From Candidatus Hydrogenedentota bacterium (GTDB taxonomy: Bacteria; Hydrogenedentota; Hydrogenedentia; Hydrogenedentales; SLHB01): a DNA stretch of 64,000 bases. The first letter of the stretch is position 1, and each line of letters starts with the position of its first letter. The notes under the pieces were generated by a model. It was not told the origin of the DNA, searched no databases, and saw only the letters and a program-made list of their open reading frames with translations. Location of the stretch: contig CAXXYE010000009.1 in assembly GCA_963674865.2 (NCBI GenBank), forward strand, positions 1,152,001 to 1,216,000, given 5' to 3'. Positions 19,313 through 26,636 of this stretch are shown in pieces. The translations under genes and the position numbers were made by a program.

Positions 19313-19987
19313 GTGTCGTCACGGAGTCCAAGAATGCTTGTAGCGATCCTCACCATCTCGGCCTTGAGCGGCGCGACGCTCACCGTCGGCGAAGCAACGG
19401 GGGCTCCCGCTCAAACAGGCGTGACTCTGCCCGTGACGCTCGATGGCGAAGTGGGCGATGCCGTGGCGGCCATCCAGTTTGATGTCCTGTTCGATGCGGA
19501 CTCTTGCATGCTCGGCGACATGAGTGTCGGCAAGGCGGCCGAGGACGCCGATAAGGACTTGGACTACTACGAAATCGCGCCGGGCGACGTTCGCGTGATC
19601 ATTGCCGGGCTCAACCAGTTGACGATCGCCGACGGCGTTGTCGCCGACGCATCCTTCGATATCCATGCCGACGCGCTTGATGGCGTATACGCCGTGTCTC
19701 TTGCCAACGTGCTCGTGTCCGATCCGTATGGCTCGCCCGTAACCTGCGACGGAATTACCGGCGAGTTGAATGTGGAACAGAGCGGCGGCGAGGGGGAGGG
19801 GGAAGGCGAAACTCCATCAGGGTGCGCTGCACGCCTCGATTCCTTCCCTGGCGGGGGGCAGCTCGCGGGCGCAATGGGGGATCTCGCCGCAACCCTGTCG
19901 GTTCTTGCTGCTCTGCTGGCCCTTACGAGGAGGCGGCCCGGTGAATATGGCGGGGGGCGGCTACACGCCACGCGTACGAGCCGTTGA
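19313..19987 (+). CDS. Single-cohesin protein with GEGEGE linker and GC...GD-TM-RRR tail
   Basis: VAAIQFDVLFD..RVIIAGLNQLTIADG..SDPYG; GEGEGEGETPSGC..MGDLAATLSVLAALLALTRRR. Alternative start at ATG 19334. Confidence 0.8.
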   Translation: MSSRSPRMLVAILTISALSGATLTVGEATGAPAQTGVTLPVTLDGEVGDAVAAIQFDVLFDADSCMLGDMSVGKAAEDADKDLDYYEIAPGDVRVIIAGLNQLTIADGVVADASFDIHADALDGVYAVSLANVLVSDPYGSPVTCDGITGELNVEQSGGEGEGEGETPSGCAARLDSFPGGGQLAGAMGDLAATLSVLAALLALTRRRPGEYGGGRLHATRTSR

Positions 19988-20141
19988 TTGGCCCTCTTCT
20001 GCCCTTCGGGTGGCGCGACAGAGGGCCGGGCTTGTGGTAGACTGCTACATGTCAGGAGTGACAATCGGCCTGTCTTTTCGCCGTCGGGCGTTTGGCCGGG
20101 AACCAAGATAGGCGTGGGCGTGAAATGCGAGGTAGGCTGTC

Positions 20142-23100
20142 ATGAGGACGGTTCATGCGGTGGGAACGGGGGGCTCGCGCGGAGTGCTATGGGGAGTCAT
20201 CCTCTGGTGCGTGGCCGGCTCGACGGCAATGGGAGATGCCGGCGGCACAGGCTCGGAAACCGTCGTGCTACCGCGATCTACGGCGACGGAAGCCCTTTTC
20301 TCCCCTGACGACGACACGTCCGATGGCGTCGTAATCATCTCGCCACGCCTCGTGGGGGCCACGGCGGAGAAGGCCGGTGCCGGGGATGTCTCTTGGGACT
20401 ACACCGGCCCGCAGACGATCCCGGACGGCCCCGAGGGCGCCTGGGTGGGCGTCAACTGCAACGAGCCGACAACGGTTCCCTCAGGAGCGCTCGTCACACA
20501 GGTTGCCGTACACCATGTCATCACGCATCCATACATTGGTGACCTCGAAGTCGCGGTTTCCAACGCCGACCACAGCTGGACGGTGAGGGACAACGACGGG
20601 GGAGGCACCGCCAATGTCGACGAGACGCGAACCGCTGAGAGTCTCTTTGACGGCGACAACCCGACCCAGGTGTGGTATTACCGCGTCCGGGACACGAGCG
20701 GGGGTGACACGGGCACGCTGGACGCGATGCAATTGTACGTCTACTACGAGTACGGATTCTCGGGGCCGGATCTAACGCCGTTTCAGCGGAGCACGTGGAA
20801 CGACAAGATTCCCATCGGCCTGACGCAACTCGCGGCTGAAGATACACACGACTACACGGGGCCCTACCCCGCCGGGGAGACGCTTTATTTCAACTGGGCC
20901 TCGATGAACAACGGCGACGCTACGGCGACGGGATATGCCGTCCATATGGAGGTGACGGGGACGGGCGGCGGGAGTTGGGATTGGAGCGACCTGACCTCCG
21001 AGGCAGGAACATTCCGCCGCTTGAACAATGATGAGGGCGTGGGGCCGCTTGCGCCGGGGGCGCACACGTTCAAGCTCTGGGTCGACTACTTGAGCGCGGT
21101 GGCGGAATCGAACGAATCGAACAACTATTACGAGAGGACGATCACCGTCACCGAGTCGGGCGACCCGGATATCCGGATCGAGCCAACGACGCTTACCTTT
21201 GACTTCACAGGCGGCAAGACGCTATCGCCAGAGACGCCCAGCAAGGATCTAAGTACGGAAAGCTACGATGTGCGGGCGCTGGATGTGCTGGATCCTGACG
21301 CTGAACTTGGCGAGGTCGCCGCCGACGAGATCGTCGTTCGTTTCCGGGCGACGGCGGCGGCGCGGATACACACAGAGCGTTTCTCCACGTATCACGATGA
21401 CGTGACGGCATGGGCCCCGCCGGGGGCGAAGTCGGGCACGGACGGATTGCCGATGACGGTGACGGGCCTCCGTCCATTTCGTTCAGGAACAGCCAAGGCG
21501 CGTGAGGTTATCGTCAAAGACGCCGATATTGGTGGGGCCCTGGCAAAGAAGAGCTCCTTTACAGCGGGCCAATGGACAAAGGCCGTTGAGGATCTCTCGG
21601 CCGAAGCGGATGCGAAGGGCCCTATCGGGCTATTTCACGCCAAGCTGGCCGACGGCGCCGACTTGCGGCAGGCGTGCGCCGACTTGATGGCGCGCGATGA
21701 CGTGGCCTATGCCCATCCAAGTCCTGTATGCCGGCCGACGGCCGTGCCGAATGATCCGCTCTACAGCCGGATGTGGAACCTGACGCGAATTGGCATGCCG
21801 AGCGCGTGGGACGACAGCGGCAACGCGTTGGGCAGTGTGCGAGTCTGCGTAGTGGATACGGGCGTCCGCATCACGCACGCGGAATTGTCAGGACGCGTGG
21901 TAAGCCCGGCGGATGTATACACGCCGAACGGCGATGCCTACGCGGATTCCGATCCCGACAACGACGATCCCGCCGGGCACGGCACGAAGTGTGCGGGCAT
22001 CATCGCGGCGATTCGGGACAACAGCAGCGCCGTGGCGGGCATTGCGCCCGTCACGATCATCCCGGTGAACGGGGCAAAAGAGCAAGACGGCTCGTACCTG
22101 ATCATGAACTACACCGATGGCGTTTACTGGGGGGTGGATCATGGCGCATCCGTCATTAGCCTGAGCCTCGGCAGCGAACACACCGCGCCGTATCAGTCCG
22201 AACTGGACGCGGCGGATTACGCCGAAGACCACGGCGTCCTCGTGTGCGCGGCTTCGGGTAACAGCGACACGAACGCGGACAACCATTATCCATCGGCGAT
22301 TCCCTACTACATCTCCGTGGCGGCCGTGGACGATGACGACTTGCGCGTCACGCAGCCCAAGTGGTGGTGGGGCAGCAATTACGGAAGCACGGTGGACATC
22401 TGTGCGCCGGGCCAAGGCGCCGTGGGCAGCCTGAGTGATTCGATTCTGACGATCGGGCGGGGTTCGGACAGTGAGACAAGCAACACCTTCAACGGCACCA
22501 GCGCCGCGACGCCCCACGTCGCGGCCCTATGTGCGCTTATCAAGCACGTCAACGGGGCACTTACAGCGGCAGAAATTCGGAACATCGTGGAATCGACCGC
22601 CCAGGATCAAGTGGGCGCCTCGACGGAAGACGTGGCTGGTTGGGACCAATATCACGGCCACGGCCTCATCGATGCCGCGGCCGCCATCTCTCTTGCCCTC
22701 GGCGGCGATGGGAACTCGCTGACGATTTCGAACGATGGGTACGGAACGCTCACCGTGAGCAGCTTGGCCTTGGATTCGGCCGCCGCGTGGATCACGTGGT
22801 CGCCTCAGGCGCCATTTGACGTGACGCCGAGCGGCTCGCAGATTGTTACGATAAGTGTGGATTTCACCCAAGCGCCGACGGGGACCACGACGCGGCAACT
22901 GGTGATTTCGTCGAATGACTCCGATGAGAATCCCTACCCTGGGGGTGTCAGCATCGTTGTTCAGAAGCCCGCATCGGCTCAGGCCGACCTCACGCCGTAT
23001 CAGCGGAGCACGTGGAATGACAGAATTCCCATCGGTGTGACGCAGCTTGCCGCGGAAGACACCCATTCCTATAGCGGGCCTTACACCACGGATCAGGTGC

Positions 23101-25229
23101 TGTACTTCAATTGGGCATCAAAGAACGTCGGCGATGCCACGGCGGCTGCCTACACGGTGCGGGCCGAAGTGACGGGGGACGGCGGCGGCTCTTGGACGTG
23201 GACGAGTATCACGACGGAGCCCGGCCACTTCCAGCGACTGGATAGCGATAAGGCCGTGGGGCCTCTGGCAGCGGGGCAGCATACCTTCAAAGTGTGGGTG
23301 GACGACACGGGACTGGTGACGGAATCGAACGAAAGCAACAACTACTACGAGCGGACGATTACGGTGACGTCACCGGGTAGCGCGGATCTCGTGCCGCATG
23401 CGCCAAGTCATTGGGATGAGAGGATTCCTATTGGCGTGAAGGCCCTGACGGGCGACGCGACCCACGTGTACAGCGGGCCGTATTCGAGCACGCAGACGCT
23501 CTACATCAACTGGGCGTCGTCGAACACGGGCGATGCAACCGCGACGAATTACACAGTGCATATCGAGGCGACAGGCACTGGATGCGGTAGCTGGGATTGG
23601 AGCGGCCTCAACACGGAGGCAGGGAACTACACCTATCTCACCAACGACTTCAGCGTGGGCCCACTGGCGGAGGGCGAGCATACCTTCAAGCTGTGGGTGG
23701 ACTATGGGGACAACGTTAGCGAGTCCGACGAAACAGACAACTACTTCGAGCGGACGATCACCGTAGGCGCTGAGCCGGGCCTTACGGTGACGCTCGATCC
23801 GGCCGCCGCGCGAACGGTGGGCGCCCAATGGCGTGTGGACGGAGGGGCGTGGCAAGACTCCGGCACGACGCAAACCGGCCTTTCGGAAGGGCAGCACACG
23901 GTGTCGTTCAAGGACGTGACGGACTGGACAACGCCTGCCTCTCAACAGGTGACCATCACGTCAGGGCAGACGACGTCAACGACGGGGACGTACCTGTGTC
24001 AGGCGCCGGCCGCGCCGCAAAACGTGGCCGCGTCGGACGGGGCCTACTCGGATCGTGTGGAAATAACCTGGAGTGCGGTGAGCGGCGTCGGTATCGAATA
24101 CCAGGTTCTGCGAGGCGTCACCGCGACAGCGACCAGCATGACGGCGATTTCGGACTGGCTCACCGACACGTCCTACAGCGATACGACCGCGGCGCCGCCT
24201 ACCGTGGTGCCGGGTGCGTCAGGCGGGTGCGGAAGTCCCGGGGCCGCGTCGACGGTTTCGTACAATTACTATCAGTACCGCGTGGTGGCGCGGCGGGACA
24301 CGGGATGCGAGGGAGCCGCCAGCTTGGCCGACCGCGGCTACCGAGGTGGGGGAAAGGCCGCGGTTTATGAAAAGGTGCTTCCTGGGGCACTGGCGTTCGA
24401 TGAGGTGCGGGCGGCCGGAGCGTTGTCTCCCTTGGCCGTTCGCCTCCGAAGCGATGAGCGGATCGACGAAGCGAGCGTCTCCGGTTATGTGGCCTGGGAT
24501 GGGTACGAGACGACCGACGTGGTGTGGCATCCGCTTGATGACGAGCAGGGCAATGACGGATGGGCCGTGTACACGCCGGCAGCGCCGTGGGCGTTGGGTA
24601 CGTGGATAACAATGACGGCCTCCGCAACGACGGTCTCGGGCGCTGCGCTGGGGCCGATCAGCTATGAGTTTGTCGTCGAGCCGGAGGCCACTACCAAGGA
24701 AGTGGTGCTGCAGCCGAACGTTGCACTTCTCGGGCAGGAAGGCCCCGACGCAACTGGAGCGGGGTGCGTGGCGGTATGGACGGGTGAGCCACTGCCGGAC
24801 TTCTGGGAGGGGCGGGGGGTGATTTGCGCTATTGAGCCGGACGAGGCTTACAACGCTCCTCGGCGTATCTGGCTGCCCCTGCCGGACGGACTGGCCGCTT
24901 CGGACGCGGCGGTATACTACTACTACGACGGCGGGCTGGATGATGGGTGGTACCGGGGGGAGAACGTGGCCGGCTGGCTTGCCGACGGAGACTTCCTCGT
25001 AGCTGAAGTGGGCGGCCGCACCTATCTGGGCCTGTCCGTACGGCACGGGGCGGTAGTGCGCTTGGGAGTGTCCGAACGACAGGATGTGAGTCAAGCGGCG
25101 TCCGTGGCGCCGTTCTTTGGGCGCGGCATCGGCGACCTGCTTGCCGTGATCCTGACGATGCTTGCGCTTGCCTTGTCTCGGCGCGCGGCACGGCGATGCA
25201 GCGCCCATTTCGCTAAATCCTTACGATGA
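20142..25229 (+). CDS. Surface-anchored S8 subtilase with P-domain, three CARDB-like repeats, FN3-like domain and GD-TM-RR tail
   Basis: Catalytic VVDTG / GHGTKCAGII / AASGN / NGTSAATPHV; P-domain ITHPYIGDL; repeats ending ESNESNNYYERTITV; tail GIGDLLAVILTMLALALSRR. Confidence 0.9.
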   Translation: MRTVHAVGTGGSRGVLWGVILWCVAGSTAMGDAGGTGSETVVLPRSTATEALFSPDDDTSDGVVIISPRLVGATAEKAGAGDVSWDYTGPQTIPDGPEGAWVGVNCNEPTTVPSGALVTQVAVHHVITHPYIGDLEVAVSNADHSWTVRDNDGGGTANVDETRTAESLFDGDNPTQVWYYRVRDTSGGDTGTLDAMQLYVYYEYGFSGPDLTPFQRSTWNDKIPIGLTQLAAEDTHDYTGPYPAGETLYFNWASMNNGDATATGYAVHMEVTGTGGGSWDWSDLTSEAGTFRRLNNDEGVGPLAPGAHTFKLWVDYLSAVAESNESNNYYERTITVTESGDPDIRIEPTTLTFDFTGGKTLSPETPSKDLSTESYDVRALDVLDPDAELGEVAADEIVVRFRATAAARIHTERFSTYHDDVTAWAPPGAKSGTDGLPMTVTGLRPFRSGTAKAREVIVKDADIGGALAKKSSFTAGQWTKAVEDLSAEADAKGPIGLFHAKLADGADLRQACADLMARDDVAYAHPSPVCRPTAVPNDPLYSRMWNLTRIGMPSAWDDSGNALGSVRVCVVDTGVRITHAELSGRVVSPADVYTPNGDAYADSDPDNDDPAGHGTKCAGIIAAIRDNSSAVAGIAPVTIIPVNGAKEQDGSYLIMNYTDGVYWGVDHGASVISLSLGSEHTAPYQSELDAADYAEDHGVLVCAASGNSDTNADNHYPSAIPYYISVAAVDDDDLRVTQPKWWWGSNYGSTVDICAPGQGAVGSLSDSILTIGRGSDSETSNTFNGTSAATPHVAALCALIKHVNGALTAAEIRNIVESTAQDQVGASTEDVAGWDQYHGHGLIDAAAAISLALGGDGNSLTISNDGYGTLTVSSLALDSAAAWITWSPQAPFDVTPSGSQIVTISVDFTQAPTGTTTRQLVISSNDSDENPYPGGVSIVVQKPASAQADLTPYQRSTWNDRIPIGVTQLAAEDTHSYSGPYTTDQVLYFNWASKNVGDATAAAYTVRAEVTGDGGGSWTWTSITTEPGHFQRLDSDKAVGPLAAGQHTFKVWVDDTGLVTESNESNNYYERTITVTSPGSADLVPHAPSHWDERIPIGVKALTGDATHVYSGPYSSTQTLYINWASSNTGDATATNYTVHIEATGTGCGSWDWSGLNTEAGNYTYLTNDFSVGPLAEGEHTFKLWVDYGDNVSESDETDNYFERTITVGAEPGLTVTLDPAAARTVGAQWRVDGGAWQDSGTTQTGLSEGQHTVSFKDVTDWTTPASQQVTITSGQTTSTTGTYLCQAPAAPQNVAASDGAYSDRVEITWSAVSGVGIEYQVLRGVTATATSMTAISDWLTDTSYSDTTAAPPTVVPGASGGCGSPGAASTVSYNYYQYRVVARRDTGCEGAASLADRGYRGGGKAAVYEKVLPGALAFDEVRAAGALSPLAVRLRSDERIDEASVSGYVAWDGYETTDVVWHPLDDEQGNDGWAVYTPAAPWALGTWITMTASATTVSGAALGPISYEFVVEPEATTKEVVLQPNVALLGQEGPDATGAGCVAVWTGEPLPDFWEGRGVICAIEPDEAYNAPRRIWLPLPDGLAASDAAVYYYYDGGLDDGWYRGENVAGWLADGDFLVAEVGGRTYLGLSVRHGAVVRLGVSERQDVSQAASVAPFFGRGIGDLLAVILTMLALALSRRAARRCSAHFAKSLR

Positions 25230-25271
25230 AAAGGCTTTGATAGCTCTTCGGGATGCTGATAGACTGATGTC

Positions 25272-26171
25272 ATGGTGTGGCAAGCCCTGCTGATAGCCGT
25301 GGCCGTGGGCGCGGACGATAACCTGCTTGCGAACGGCGGCTTCGAGGACCTCTCCGGGACTATGCCCTCGCGCTGGCAGGTTTATGTGGCGTCCCGAGAG
25401 GGAGTCGAGGGACGCGTGGACGACGTCTCCGCCGCTTCCGGCACGTGCTGCGTGATGTTGCACAAATCCGAAGCCTATGAGCCCGACCCCATCAACAACT
25501 GGAGCCAGCATGTGTTCGGGGATTTCTCCGGCAAGGAACTGTTGGTGCGGGGACAGATCAAGACGGAGGAGGCCACGGAAGCGGCTATTTGGCTTCAATG
25601 CTGGCGCAAGCGGCCCGCGCACGTGGTCCAATGGGCGACGACGAGCTATGATTCGCCTATGTCCGGCACATGCGACTGGACGGCGGTCGAGATGAAGCTC
25701 AAAGTAACGGAACGAACGGATTTTCTGATGGTGCGGTGCGTCTTGAAAGGATCGGGCACGGCGTGGTTCGACGACATCATGTTATCTGAGTCAGGCGAAC
25801 GCGAGGAATGTCCCGAAGCCGGGCAGGCGGTTTGCTCACAGCCGGAGGACTCCTCATTGGAACCGGACAAGGAGACTCAAGATGTACCCGCACAGGCCCC
25901 ACCGGAGCAACAAGATAACCTTTCGGCTCACAAGCTTGTAGAGGCTCAGCTCGTTGAGTCCCAACAGGTTCTTGTCGACACAAATCGGACGTTGCGAGAG
26001 ACAAATGCCCTTCTGGCGCAGGAAATCGAGGCTTTGCGGGCCGAAGTAAGCGTTCTTCGGGAGGAATTGGCCGCGCTGCGGACGGCGTCGCATGACAAAA
26101 AGGCCGATGAGCCTGAACGCCGGGTGCCGCCATTGGTGCCTCATGTGGCTAACGCGGAGGCTGCTCGGTAA
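25272..26171 (+). CDS. Secreted protein with CBM/galactose-binding-like domain plus coiled coil
   Basis: NLLANGGFE ... GTAWFDDIML jelly-roll signature; heptad-like C-terminal helix. Confidence 0.7.
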   Translation: MVWQALLIAVAVGADDNLLANGGFEDLSGTMPSRWQVYVASREGVEGRVDDVSAASGTCCVMLHKSEAYEPDPINNWSQHVFGDFSGKELLVRGQIKTEEATEAAIWLQCWRKRPAHVVQWATTSYDSPMSGTCDWTAVEMKLKVTERTDFLMVRCVLKGSGTAWFDDIMLSESGEREECPEAGQAVCSQPEDSSLEPDKETQDVPAQAPPEQQDNLSAHKLVEAQLVESQQVLVDTNRTLRETNALLAQEIEALRAEVSVLREELAALRTASHDKKADEPERRVPPLVPHVANAEAAR

Positions 26172-26383
26172 TGCGGCTGATCGGCATGATCCTCATATCC
26201 CTCATGGTAGGTTTCGTTGGCGCGGGGCTCGTCTGGTTCGGCTGGGGGCTGGCGGAGAATCTCTCCGCGATGTTCCGTTCGCGCAAGGCCGCGGGCGGAA
26301 AAGCGCGGGCTGAAGACAGTGAGCAGACGGAAACGGAGATTTCCACGGAGGTCGGCCCAGAGGCGGACGAGGGAGCGGAGTAG
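26171..26383 (+). CDS. Small membrane protein with acidic tail
   Basis: TAATG overlap with upstream gene; one TM helix. Confidence 0.6.
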   Translation: MRLIGMILISLMVGFVGAGLVWFGWGLAENLSAMFRSRKAAGGKARAEDSEQTETEISTEVGPEADEGAE

Positions 26384-26401
26384 GCGCGCGGATAGCGGCG
26401 G

Positions 26402-26587
26402 ATGTCGAAGGTGAAAGAATCCCGGCCATATATAGGCATGCTTTTCAAGTGTTGCCACGTCTACACGCGCATCTATCTTAACCGTGCCGGCACGGCATAT
26501 GTGGGGCATTGTCCGAAGTGCGCGGCCAAGGTGGAGATCAAAGCTCGGCCCGGGGGAAGCCGTTCACGGTTCTGGAGCGCTGGGTAG
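26402..26587 (+). CDS. Small Cys-rich putative Zn-binding protein
   Basis: [11 protein letters not shown]...GHCPKC. Confidence 0.7.
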   Translation: MSKVKESRPYIGMLFKCCHVYTRIYLNRAGTAYVGHCPKCAAKVEIKARPGGSRSRFWSAG

Positions 26588-26636
26588 CCACTCAGCGCCC
26601 GTGGCTCAGAGCGGCTATCGTGCGTGCCCGTGCCGC

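Noticed and set aside
14788..25229. Classical cellulosome locus
   Set aside because: No multi-cohesin scaffoldin, CBM3 or dockerin-bearing glycoside hydrolase is present in the window.
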